This document shows positions 30,501-43,920 of a stretch of 64,000 nucleotides of DNA, piece after piece. Below the pieces are notes generated by a model, which ran no database searches, was not told where the DNA came from, and was given only the letters and a program-made list of their open reading frames with translations. The stretch is from Paraspadella gotoi (lineage: Eukaryota > Animalia > Chaetognatha). Each line of letters opens with the position of its first letter. Position 1 is the stretch's first letter. A program made the translations under genes and the position numbers. The DNA is taken from assembly GCA_051294375.1 (NCBI GenBank), contig CM119263.1, positions 31,844,750-31,908,749 of the forward strand. The letters are read 5' to 3'.

Positions 30501-33500
30501 TAAGAAAAGTAATAAAAAATTAGAGCAACAATTTTAAATGTTGAAATAAATATAAATAAATTTTAAAAGAAAAATCAAGAAAGAGCAGGGGTTGCAATGA
30601 TTTATACATTAAAATTTTCATTTGTAACCAATAAACAATGACCAGGAAGCGAACACGCAGTTATTATAGCTTCCGTCAACTTTATTTCAATTTTTCTATC
30701 GTCCGGTTTCGGTTCAAAATCGCCGTTCACAGTGTCGCTTACGCTTTTCCGGATCGCGTCCACATCTCATTTGAACACCATTTACTCATGAGTGGATTGG
30801 GCGATTGACCTGAAATTTGTATGTGATAGGAAAATGTGTGATTAAGCTGAAAATCAAGTTTCGATGGAATCGTTTAAGTGGAAAATGAGTTTAAATGAAA
30901 AAAAACAAAACCTGTTCACTAATTGATTATGCTTCTTTTTCTTTATATTAATGTAATGCAAGATGTATTAATTAATAAATAATTAATCAGTTCCTTAATC
31001 AATTAGTCAATTAATTAATCAATAATTAATTAATCAGTCAATTAATCATCAAAACAAACATTCGGATTAAAATTTATTAGTTAATTAACTTTAATTAATT
31101 ATTAATTAATTAATTGCGATAATGATTATTAATTATTAATTAATTAATTGCCGATAATGATCGTGGCAGATCCGACATTGTTTGCTCAAACTTGTTTTTT
31201 CTCTAAATTTCTCAATTTTAGCAAACGCCCATATTTATACATATAAGTCTTAATCTAAAATTATTTCATTAAGTTAGGAATCGAATCTGCTTAAAAAAAA
31301 AGAAAAAAATATTTAAAATTTTAACATTTCTATGGTGAGTACTATGTATAAATTGACTGTATGCGAAATTTAAAAATAAATTTCTATTGTTTTTTTTTTA
31401 ATTTTTTAAAAATTTCTTAAATGTCGTCATCTACTATTCGAATTTTGATTCTACTTGATTTTAATATTTTTACTACGCTTATTAAGCAGTCTCCTCTCTC
31501 TCTCCATTAATATCTCACCATTATTATTATTTATATTATTCTCATTATTACCTGAGTTATCAGAACACTGTCGTCGTTATAAACATGTTTTTCGAATTTT
31601 CGCTTATTTTTTCTTCAATTTTCATTTCAGACTTTTTCCGAATTTGAATCGATTTCTGTCAAGGAAAGCGAAGCTAATGTTAAAATTTATAATTAATTAT
31701 CTAAAATGACAAATCAATCAATCCAATGGGTTAAAAATTCATAATTAACGATTTTAATCACTCATTACACTAAGATAATTATTTTTCGATTCACCACAGT
31801 TGTCTTTTTTTTTTATTCTCACCGTTTTCCGATATTTCGAAGTCGATTTCGCGTCTTGATTCCATGGAAACCGAATTCGCTTTACGTCGGGCGAAGTAGT
31901 GGTGTGTCGCAAATCTTCGAGCTGTTGTCTTTTAAGGATGCGGCATCTCTGCTTCGAAGGTGTCCACTACGAAATGGCGCTAATGAGATGTTCAAGTTAT
32001 ATAAAAAAAATGTACCAATATTAAATGCAGTGATATTTATATTCTTTATAAAAAATCTGTATATTCGTCAACTTTATTATATTATTTACAATATTAATAT
32101 ATATAATCAATGCATTTACTTCAGAATGAATCTGATTTTTTGACTGAGAATAATGAATGTTTTATTTTTTGGGGGGGGGGGATTTCTTATAAAACTATAC
32201 CCCTTGTCCATTCGCGAGTGACACCAAAAAAATGCGTATCATTTCTCATTGGATAAATATTTTTTTTAAATTTTTTTCCTCATTCTATTAGCAAAGTATT
32301 GGACATTAATTTAATTTTAATTTCATAGATTAATTTGATATTTACTTTGTCAAACAGCCATTTTTTAAAGTTCATCCATTTCATCTGCCAGTAAAAAACT
32401 TAATCTTTAAAAAAAATCATTATAAATAATTACTCAATAATTACTTAAAATTATTAAAATTAATTTACACCATTAAATTTAGGAAATATCTGGGAATCCG
32501 TACGATGTAAAATAATTATTCAAAATATTAAAGAACATGCTCAGGACAACATTTTTTTCTAATAGGACGAATTGTATAAAGAAACTAAGATTTAAAATTA
32601 TAAAAATAAATAAAAAATATTTCTCAGAAATTACTCAACATTACGATAATCATATACGCCATTGATTTTACCATTAATAGGGATTTCTTATGATGCAAAT
32701 TTTTTTAAAAATTCAATCAAGAACACGCCTAAAATGATCTTTTTTCGCCAATTTACTGTGTTAGATTAAATTAAATACACTAAAATACAAAGTTCAGTAG
32801 TTACTAACTAATGATATACTTATGAATTATATTTATTAAATATAAAGTATAGAAAATATTTTTTTGGTGTCACTTCGCGAAGGGACACGGGGTACAATAA
32901 AATTGATTATTTTCACTCACTCATGGTGGTTTGATAAAGGCGTTTGATTTTCCAATTCTGATTTTTTCATTTCAATATTCGAGTCTCTTTTTTTTTCCCT
33001 CTTCTTCTCCTCCTCTTCTTCATCCAAACTCCTTAATATTTTCATATTTCACTGCTTCTTGATTATCTCCTCTCTCTTATCTTTCCTCTCTTTTTTTCTC
33101 TTCTCCTCTTTCTCTCTTCTTCTCTCCTCTTTCCTCTCTATTTTTCTTCCCTCTCTTTCTCTTCCTCCTTTTTCTCTCTTCCTCTCTTTCTCTCTTCTTC
33201 TCTCCTCTTTCCTCTCTCCTCTTCTCCTCTCCTCCCTTCCTCTCTTCTCCTATATTTTTTTCAACGTCTCGTTTCAGCGGAGGCAGCTCAGTCTAATTCT
33301 GCGTGCGCTACTGTCAGTTTTCCCTGCAGTGCTGCTCAGTTTTCTTGCTGCCGTGCTGTCATTATTTCTTCTCCGCTGCTGTCTTTTTTTCCCGTTCCGC
33401 TGCGGACAACCGTCCTGCTGCGCTGCTGTCAGTCTTTCTTGCTCCGCTGCGTCATCTTCTGCTGTCTTGCGTCAGTGTTTCTGCTGCCGTGTGTATATTT

Positions 33501-34170
33501 CTGCTCCACTGCTGTCATTCTTTCCGGTTCAGCAGCTGCCAATACTTTCTGCTCCGCGCGTCCTCTTTACTGTGCGCTCTTGTCGATCCCTAAACTCCTT
33601 TCATCTTCGTCCGGATCTCAATGACGATCGCTTTGCCTTTCACTTCGTCTTCGCCGCGGGCTACGCGATCTCTATGACGAACTATGGATGGATTCTTGCT
33701 CTTTTCGTTGTTGCTTCGATGGGATCAAATTTTCATCTTCGCTCGCGTCTTGAAGTCGAAAATCGTCTTCAGGTCGAGCGAAGCTCTTCGACCTGCTGCT
33801 CCGCTGCTGTCAGTTTTCCTGCTACGCTGCCCTCATTCTTCCTCCCCCGCTGTCTCCCTCTCTGCCCATGACCCGTCTCGATCCAACATGGAGAAGGTTG
33901 ACGCTGCTTTGGCGGCATCGGAATAGAAAAGGTCATTTCCGTGTGTCACTTTCGATGAATCGGACATCTACGGTCGATCGAAACCGCGTGTATTCGATCT
34001 TAGACCTACTAAGTTGATTCGTCCATCGACGGTTCGCTACCAATTTTTTATTCTTCCACTCATACTAAGCTAATTCGTCTCTGTCTCTATCTTTGCTCGC
34101 GCTGCGGACGCGATTCAATCCGCTGGTCCGCTCCGACGGCGCGGGAGAGCGCTTCTTCGTTAATCCTTGT
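24570..34170 (-). repeat. Large inverted, indel-rich copy of ~14750-22960 (probable fold-back assembly artefact)
   Basis: Reverse complement matches the hAT element, the 3' flank and CFAP20DC exons 8 to 4 in order. Differences are mostly scattered 1-nt deletions, with a scrambled insert at ~28835-30770. Confidence 0.88.
27648..34168 (-). pseudogene. Frameshifted inverted partial copy of CFAP20DC (part of exon 4 to exon 8); likely artefactual
   Basis: Reverse complements of exon 8 (~27648-27806), exon 7 (~28250-28430), exon 6 (~31552-31673), exon 5 (~31822-31968) and exon 4 (~32921-34168), with many frameshifts. Confidence 0.55.
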
Positions 34171-37100
34171 CGAATTTCCTAAAAAAATAACGGTTATCGG
34201 AACTCTAGTTGTGATCGAGTATTAAAGCGTAGTCAAAAGTTTAAATTGAACTTAAATTTCAAAATGGTTTTATAAGATTTTTTTGCAGATTTGGATTCGT
34301 CATAAAAAGTTGATGAAAATAAATATAAATCTTTTTTAAAAATTATTTCATTAAGTTGGTCAAAAATGATAAAAACCTATATTTTAGGCTGAAAATTATT
34401 TTTTTATATATTAAATTAGACGAGAATCTCGCTTAAAAAAAAAATTAACATTTTCTAATAGGAGGAAAATCCGTCAAGATCTGACCTACATCCAAATTGC
34501 AAACGCGTTTGGCCAAGAAATTCGGGTTAAAAAACACTTGTAACGTACGATCTTTCCGAGAGCGTTACATCTGAAAGAGCTTGTCCTAGGTTCGGTTTAT
34601 GGCATTTTGATAAAGGATTTAAATATCAAAAAAGCCAGGGAAATGGCACTACTCCTCTCCGGAGAATTTTCAAACCTCATTTTTAATATAAGAGAATGAA
34701 AGGGAAAGTTTACCAAACTTCAATTGCAAAACGGGATTGCTAATTGTTCCTGTTACATGAAGAGCGACTTCGAATTTCGCGATTCCTGTCTTAGCTTTGT
34801 GTCGAAGAGCTTGTCCTATTTTTCATTTTTTCCAATTTATATAATGATTTTGACATAAAATGATCAGGTTAAATGAAAATACGTCCAGTTTGAGAATCGC
34901 CAGAAATTTTGTATTTAAAAAAGAAATTAAAAGGAAAGGTTGGAGAAAAAAACTGGATTTTTCCCTAATATGCTTTGAAGAATAAAGCATAAAGGGATGG
35001 TAAATAGTAGCCGAAAATGAAGCCCATAAATATAGGGGCAGCATGACAAGAATACAATTTTATAGAATTAATTACTATTATGCTGGAAAACCTCTTAACA
35101 CGGGGGAGTGTCAAAAACCTAAGTCAAAATTAATAATGAATTTTAAAACTATCTTTATGACGACCCCATAAGATAATAAAATGAAAATTTAATTCTTATT
35201 AATGAGTTCTGAAAGAAAAAAGGCTAAATTGGGGTACTCTAGGTAATAGAACTTTAAAAGTTTTTTGGATAAAACCGAAAATGTGAATTTTTCACGTTAA
35301 ATACTTTGCCATTGTCTGAATTTACAAACATCGCTTTACAAAGAATTCTACCAAAATATTCATTCACCAACAATCAACACCTAAGTCATTTATCCTTTTC
35401 CTTTCCACCAGCAAAAAAGTAAACATTATATTAGCCTAGGAGAACTAGGAATGTTACTGAAATGAGCCCGGAGAGACATTCAACATTCTTCAGCCTTTAC
35501 TGGTTCATTTTCAAATAAAAAATAGGCAAAATTTTTTTAATTATTTAAACTCTCCACAGCTTCACAGACATTCATATTCTTTCAATAATATGTCAACCAA
35601 ATGTTAATTGTAATTTTAATTATATTTTCTTACCCAGAAAATACAAAAATAAACAGGAAAGGTTGTGGATCCCTTACACTCCGATTCTAAAGGGGAAAAA
35701 AAAAATTAACCCTAGCGGAATTATAAGTTGTAAGAAGGAAGTCAAGAATCAGCGAAAATCTTAAAAGGCGAGAATGTTGAAAAAGGGTAGAATTTTTGTT
35801 GGATTTTTCTAAATTTTCCCCACCCAATGTAGGTCCGATTAAAGCCGAAAACTTGAGATTTACAATATCCCGTATTCACATCTATCGATACCAAAAAAAT
35901 ATAAGAAAAAAGTTACTGGGGCTTCTTTTTACTATAGGCGGGCCTTTCCTAATTAAAATATGAGTCTTTTTTTAATTTTTAACCTACTTAATGAAAGAAT
36001 TTTTTTTAAATGAGTTATATTTTCTTTTGACGAGAGATTTAAATCTGCTATAAAAATTAAGAAAATTAAAAATATAAAATTATTTTTTTAAATAAATTAA
36101 TATTCACTGGTGGTACAGTAGCATCCGTCTAGAATTTCTAAGACGGCAAGCTCTGTAACTCGAGTACAAATGATAATTTGAAAGACCTTTTGTCTTGATA
36201 TCGAGTACACATATGGCTACTCCCCCTTCGGTAAGCCATTGCTCTACGACCAATTTTGGGACATCAGACTTTATGGTAAAAAGTAACTTCAGGCAGATTT
36301 GAACCTGAAACCTCTTCGTAACGTTGAAATCCGACGCGCTATGCAGTTTGTTCAAATTAAATTATATAAAGCTGTAAGTATGCTTTTAATTTTTTGGGGG
36401 AAACAAAAAATTCATTAATGTTGTTGGATCGCCCCATCCACTCACGAGTAATTGGTGTTCAAATAGTGAAATATATTTTTTTATTNNNNNNNNNNNNNNN
36501 NNNNNNNNNNNNNNNNNNNNNNNNNNNNNNNNNNNNNNNNNNNNNNNNNNNNNNNNNNNNNNNNNNNNNNNNNNNNNNNNNNNNNNNNNNNNNNNNNNNN
36601 NNNNNNNNNNNNNNNNNNNNNNNNNNNNNNNNNNNNNNNNNNNNNNNNNNNNNNNNNNNNNNNNNNNNNNNNNNNNNNNNNNNNNNNNNNNNNNNNNNNN
36701 NNNNNNNNNNNNNNNNNNNNNNNNNNNNNNNNNNNNNNNNNNNNNNNNNNNNNNNNNNNNNNNNNNNNNNNNNNNNNNNNNNNNNNNNNNNNNNNNNNNN
36801 NNNNNNNNNNNNNNNNNNNNNNNNNNNNNNNNNNNNNNNNNNNNNNNNNNNNNNNNNNNNNNNNNNNNNNNNNNNNNNNNNNNNNNNNNNNNNNNNNNNN
36901 NNNNNNNNNNNNNNNNNNNNNNNNNNNNNNNNNNNNNNNNNNNNNNNNNNNNNNNNNNNNNNNNNNNNNNNNNNNNNNNNNNNNNNNNNNNNNNNNNNNN
37001 NNNNNNNNNNNNNNNNNNNNNNNNNNNNNNNNNNNNNNNNNNNNNNNNNNNNNNNNNNNNNNNNNNNNNNNNNNNNNNNNNNNNNNNNNNNNNNNNNNNN

Positions 37101-40100
37101 NNNNNNNNNNNNNNNNNNNNNNNNNNNNNNNNNNNNNNNNNNNNNNNNNNNNNNNNNNNNNNNNNNNNNNNNNNNNNNNNNNNNNNNNNNNNNNNNNNNN
37201 NNNNNNNNNNNNNNNNNNNNNNNNNNNNNNNNNNNNNNNNNNNNNNNNNNNNNNNNNNNNNNNNNNNNNNNNNNNNNNNNNNNNNNNNNNNNNNNNNNNN
37301 NNNNNNNNNNNNNNNNNNNNNTTTTGTGATAAAGAAAAACTGGTATTATCAAAAACATTAATAAAGCAAAAATTATAAAAATAACAACTAGTATGTACAT
37401 TGGCTGAGAAAAAGGTCAGCCATAACAAGGTCGGGTAAGAACAGATCATTCTTATTGACCACTACTGTACTACGGGTCACAAAGTACAAAGACTTCCTCG
37501 TTGTCTTTGTCATTGTATTCGTCGTCGTTGTCGTCTTTGTTCAAATCATTTGATTTCCCAAATGTTCGATGTTATTCTTTTAATTAATCAATATGTAATT
37601 AATTAAATAATTTATTATTTTTCAACTAATTAATTAATTAATTACCGCTAATGATCGTGGGCAGATCCGGCATTGTTAGCCCAAACTTGTTTATTAATAA
37701 TTTTGATTTATTTATTTTATANNNNNNNNNNNNNNNNNNNNNNNNNGGGAGAGAGAGAAGAAAAGATGAATAAATCCACGCGGGAAAAATCTCTCGGTCG
37801 GATTGAAAAATGTGTGGGATTGAGTAAAAAAAACGACCCGCCGACGGATCTATCCTATATAAAGTGGCCAATCTCATACGAGTACACAGACCACGAAAAT
37901 GTTTTTAGAAGGGAAAAACAAATAATCAGAATTTGTCAAAATAAAAAAACAAACGATCACGGCAAAAGATCGGACAGATAGGGGAAAACAGGAGACACCC
38001 ACACAGAGAGACAGCAGAGACAGAGAGAGGAGAGAGAAAAAAGATGAGAAGAGAGACAGGACAAGCCGCTTTTGCAGAGAAAAAGAGAAAAGGAAGAGAA
38101 AAGAGCGATACTATAAATAATTTAAAAGAGAGAAGGAGAGAGAAGCTTTCTACAGGCCCTTACTCGGTAAAAGAATCACATTTAACTTATGGGCGCCGCA
38201 ACGTTAGCGTTGAGCTACTTCTCTACCCAAAGGACCCGGTGTTCGCCCTGTCCCCGGCATCGTTTTTACATTAGTAAAACCCACATTATATCTAAAAAAT
38301 TTTTTGCTAAAAAAAAGAAGGAGAGAGAAGAAGAGGAGATCGAGAGAGAGAGAGAAGAGAGAGAAAGGAAAGCTGGGACCCAGACGCTTGCAAGCCGGAA
38401 CGCGTTTTTAGAAAAAGCAGTGACGGAGAAAGAAAAGAAAAGAGAGAGAAGAGGCAGAGTGGAGGCGACCATATAATTAAAAGAACGTTTTTTTTGTAAA
38501 TAAAACATAAACCAATACCAATAGTGATATTGAAACATGAGCAATTTTAAAGAATTCTTTGATATTTAGAGAAGTCCTATATGAAAATTAACTCCCTATG
38601 ATATTTCACACTTTCCAGAAAGGCCATTGATTGCAAAAAAGAAAAAAAAAGCGGAGTGAGACCGCGAAAGCTTAACCGAAGCTAAACCAAAAAAAAAAAT
38701 CTAGATAAAAAAAAATCTAGATCAGGACGGGCTTTTGCCCGCCTTGGCTCGGAGTAAATTAGAGGATATTTGTTTGTTTTGACTAAAATGTTTAAACAAA
38801 ACACTTTATAACACTGTCCTGGACTCAATGTTTAAGGAGACATCCGATTGCATGGACAAGCAATGAATATAAACATTATAATTAATTCTATTAATAAATT
38901 AATTAATGTAATCTATAATTAATTAAATTAATCTATTAATAATTAATTAAATTAATTAATCAATTAATTAATTAAATTATTCGTTAAGTCAGATCCGGAC
39001 ATTGTTTGCTCAAACTGTTTAAAATTGAAAAGAAAGGCTCGTATTACTAACCACATAGATCAAATATGCTACATTTATTGACGAAGTTTCAGATTTCGTC
39101 GTTAAAAAGGGACACTGCATTGTATGCGAAACCCACTAATTTCCATCGGACGATTCCATCGAAACTTTATATCCAGCTTCAATCACACACTATCCCTACC
39201 CACAATTCATTCATAAATCAAATCCAATCACGAGCTAATTGGTGTTTTTTGCTAAGGTAGGGACGGAAACGGACGGACGGTTAACGATGGACGACAGACA
39301 GACAGACGGACGGACATCAATTTTTTTGCATAAATTTATCATAATTCGATGTTCTGGACATGATATAAGTTAGTTGCCCGACAATATTGAGCGGGCGGAC
39401 CGACGGACCGACAAAGCTGAATTATAGAGTCGGGATTCTGCTGATAAGCAGATGCTGACCTTAAAAAAAATATATTAAGTAAATAAATCAAAATTATTAA
39501 ATAAAAACAAGTTGGGCTACATAGGCCGGATCTTGCCCCACGGAATCATATTTAGCATGATAATTAATTAATAATTAGTTGAAAAATAATAAATTATTTA
39601 ATTAATTACCATATTGACTTAATTAAAAGAATTAACATACGAAACATTTGGAAATCAAATGATTTGAACAAAACGACAACGACGAGCGAAACAATGACAA
39701 AGGACAACGAGGGAAGCTTGTACTTTGTTGACCCCGTAGCTACAGTATGGTCAATAAGGAATGATTCTGTTTCTTACCCGACCTTTGTTAGCTGACCTTT
39801 TTCTCAGCCAATGTACATTACTAGTGTTGATTTTATTAATTTTTGCTTTATTAATTTGTTTTTTGCATAATACCAGTTTTCTTATCAAAAAAACATTGCC
39901 GTCGATTAATTAATTAATTAATCAATTTTAAATTTAAATTAATTAAATTATAAATTTATATACAGCTTGATCATCATCGATTGAATGTCCTTTAAAATAA
40001 AGTAATGTGACTTTATATTTTTCCATTTAAACTAATTTGCCACTGCACAACTTCCCGTCATAAACTATAATCTAGCTTCTTCACAAAACTTTCCTTTCCC

Positions 40101-43100
40101 GCTCACAAAATTTCATCTCCATCGTAATTATGGGTTAATTAAGTAAAAGAGTCAAGTAACATTGAGCTCATATTTCTTTAGGTCGGATCTGCTTTTCGAG
40201 CAGATCCCGACTCTATAATTCACTTTGTCGGTTCCGTCGGTCGATCCGCCCCTCAATAATTGGTGGGCAGTTCACTTATAGTCATGTCCAGAACATCGAA
40301 TTATGATAAATATGCCAAAAAAAACGATGTCCGTTCCGGTTCCGTTCCCACCTTAGCAAAAAACACTAATTACTCCGTGTATTGGATGGATGATTGAATG
40401 AAATTTTCCTTCTTGTACCTGTGTTGGGTAGGAAGTGTGTTGGACTGAGCTGTATATTGAAAGTTTCGATGAATCGTCCCCACGTGAAATGAGTTAAATG
40501 GAAAAATTAAAAAAATATTTTCACTTATTGAACACCAATTACTTAACTGAGGATGGCGACTCAACAACATTAATGAATTTTTTGTTTCCCCCCAAAAAAT
40601 AAAAGCATAACTTTACAGCTTTATATAATTTAATTGAACAAACTGCCCATAGCGCGATCATATCAACTTACGAAGAGGGTTTCAGGTTTCAAATCTGCCT
40701 TGAAGTTACTTGTTTACCATAATAGTCTGATTGCCCAAAATTGGTCCCGTGAGCAATGCTTACCGAAGGGACTGACCATTATGTGTACCGATATTCAAGA
40801 CAAAAGGTTTCTTTCAAATTATCAATTTGTACTCGAGATTACAGAGCTTGCCGTCTTAGAATTCTAGACGGATGCTACTGTACCACCAAGGTGAATATAG
40901 ATTGATTTAAAAAAACTCCAATTTTTATTATTTTTAATTTTCTTAATTTTATAGCAGATTTTAAATCTTCTCGTCAAAAGAAAATAATAACTCATTTAAA
41001 AAAAAATCTTATTAAGTAGGGTTAAAAATTAAAAAAAACTATATTTAATTAGGAAGCCCGCTTTTATAGAAAAAGAAGCAGTAACTTTCTTTCTTTATTT
41101 TGCTATCGATAATGATGTGGAAATGACGGGTAAATATTGTTAATCTCAAGTTATCGCTTTAATCGGAACCCACATTGTGAAAAATCTGAGGAAAACCCAA
41201 CAAAAGATTCCACCCCTTTTTTTCAACATTCTCGCCTTTTTAAGATTTCTGATTCTTGACTTCTCTTACAAATCTATAATTCCGCTAGTTAATTTTTTTT
41301 TTCATTAAACAAGTGAAGGGGAATCCACAATCTTTCTGTTATTTTGTTATGATTTCTGGGTAAAAAAGATAATAATTACCATTAACATTGGATATTATGA
41401 AAGAATAATGTCTTGTGAAAGCCTGTGAAGTTAAATAATTTAAAAAATTTGCCTATTATTATTGAAAAATGTACATTAGAAATGTGAAGAAGTTGAATGT
41501 CTTCCGGCTCATCAGTAAACATCCCTGTTCTCTAGCATAAAATAATGTTTTTACTTTTTTGCTGGTGGAAAAGAAAGATAAATACTCTGGCTGTTGATGG
41601 TGGAATAATTTGTAGAATTTTTGGTAAAGCATTGCTTGTTGGTTAAATTTTCAGAGCGAGAAATATTTAACATTAGTAACCCAAAAAAAAATTACCATTT
41701 TCCTTTTATCCCAAAAAAACCTTTAAATAGTTACTAGGAGTTACCCAATATTTTAGCCTTTTCTTCAGAAATCATTAATAAAGAATAAATTTCATTATAT
41801 TCTAGTTTATGGGTGTCATTTAGTTTTTAAAAGTTCATTATCAATTTTGACTAGTAGTTTGACTTAGCTTCACCCTGGTACAGGAGTTATCAGGATATAA
41901 GTAATCTCTAAAATGGTATCTACTGACTATGATGCCATGATTATGGGCTTCATTTGGGTACTATTTACCATCCCTTTATCTTTTATTTCTTTCAAAAAAT
42001 TTAGGAAAAAATCAGTGTTTTTTCCTCAACCTTCCTTTTTAATTTCTTTTTAATAATAAAAAGTTTCGCGATTTCAAGTGACCAGTTTTCATTGTAACCT
42101 GAATCATGTCTATGTCCAAAAATCTATTATAAAATGAAGTGTGTCTGTGGGTTATTAAAATGAAAAAAGAAAAAATTTAGGACAAGACCTTCAGACACAA
42201 AGCTAACAGAATCCGCGGAAATTCGAAAGGCGTCTCGCTAATTAACAGGAACAAAATATAAATAAAGCAATTCCCGTTTTGCAATTTTTAGTTTGTAACT
42301 TTCCCTTCATTTCGTTAATAGTAAAATGAGGTTTTGGTAATAATTCTCCGGTGATGAGGGATAGTAGTGCATTTCCCCTGGCTTGTGTGTTGATTATTAA
42401 AATCCTGTTCTATTCATATGCCATTTTTTTAAAAACGAAGTAGGACAACTTTCAGATGTAACGCTTCGGAATCGTTACGTTTTTACAAGTGTTTTTTTTT
42501 TTTTTAACTACGAGATTCTGGCAAACGCTTGTAGTTTTGCAATTTGGTTAAGTCAGATTTGAGGATTGAACGGAATGGGTCCGTCTATTAGAAAAATGTT
42601 GAATTTTTTTGTTGTTTTAAGGCGAGCATTCGTGCGTTGCTGTAATTAATTATATAAAAAAAATAAATTTCAGCCTAAAATATGAGTTTGTTAGTCATGG
42701 TGTTCGGACCAACTTAATGAAAATAATTTTTTTAAAGAGAAAGATTAGTATTATTCGATCAACTTTGTGTATTTGGACGGGAATCCAAATCTGCGAAGAA
42801 AATCTGTAATAAAAACGCCAATTGTTGAAATTTAAGTTCGAAGTTTAAAACCTGTTTACTACGTAATACTCGATCACAACTAGGAGTTCGGCGATAGCCG
42901 TTTTTTTTAGGGAGAATTCGGGCTTAACGTTTAGAAGACTAACAGTTTTTAACGGGTTAAACCGTTTTAGATCGGTTATTTGTATAATTCAACTTTAAAT
43001 TTCAGAAATATTTAAGATTTGGTAAAACAAATAAGAGGGTATTTATGGTATTTTCTCTTTAACTCTGACTCTTGAATTGCGCTATAAAAGACTTACCCTG

Positions 43101-43920
43101 AAGACAGAGTCGAAACGATGTTCTATTTTTTTATGTCAAATAAAATTGTTGTGTGTAAGCAAAACAAATTATTTTTTTCTTGAATCTCGATAACAGCGGA
43201 ACGAAACGAAAGATACCATCAAATTCTAGATTCTATGATTTTGTTTCTCTTTCTCTTCTTTGCTTTCGTCTTTTCTGTCTCTAACTTCTTCTATTCCCCG
43301 AGTTATTGTTTAGTTGTTAAGTTTCTTAAACGCTTGTTTTTCTGTTGTAATGCTTTCATAGACGTATGACAAGGTGAGTTGACCATAAAGTAGAAGATAT
43401 GGATGTAAGTTTATTGATAGGACTGTTGATTCGATTGATGCAAAGAGTAGTTGATTAATAAATATAGTGTGGTGTTTAGGTTTATGGTGAAAGAAGGAGT
43501 GATGCATGGCGGTGGGATGTGCTTGTGTGTGTTTAATATCTTTGTTTAAGATCTTCCTTCTATGTTAATTTTTAAATTTTTTTAAAAGTAAATTTTTATG
43601 GTTGTTGTTGTGTGATGTCATTTTTTTCAGTTCATGTGCGTTTTAGTTGTCATTTTTGCTTCTTGTTATTTTTAGGGAGAGGAAAGAAAGAGAGAAGAAA
43701 GTAAAAATAAAGGATTATATTTGTAGCCTTTAAATTCGATACATATTTAGTGCTGATGAAAGGGCGAAAAAAAGAAACAAGGTAAAAGGCAAGAGGGCGA
43801 AAAAAGGAGGGAAAAAGAAAGGGAGAAAGAAAAAGGGGGAGAAGTGAGATGAAAAAGAAAGAACAGGGAGTGAGGATAAATAAGAGAAGAAGAAGTGTCG
43901 GAGATTCACGAATCTCTCGC
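34170..43920. repeat. Second fold-back block around the N gap
   Basis: 34170-36485 is an error-rich reverse complement of ~40490-42920. 37322-37700 mirrors ~39500-39890, 22980-24600 repeats ~40920-42880, and 42880-43920 repeats ~24600-25500. Confidence 0.8.
36486..37321. other. Assembly gap (N run)
   Basis: Run of n characters; smaller gaps at 21038-21062 and 37723-37746. Confidence 0.99.

Noticed and set aside
27648-34168. Functional CFAP20DC paralogue
   Set aside because: It lacks exons 1-3, is frameshifted throughout, and shows read-error-like deletions in exons and introns alike.
36394-37449. ORFs of 311-322 aa
   Set aside because: Made almost entirely of X from the N gap.
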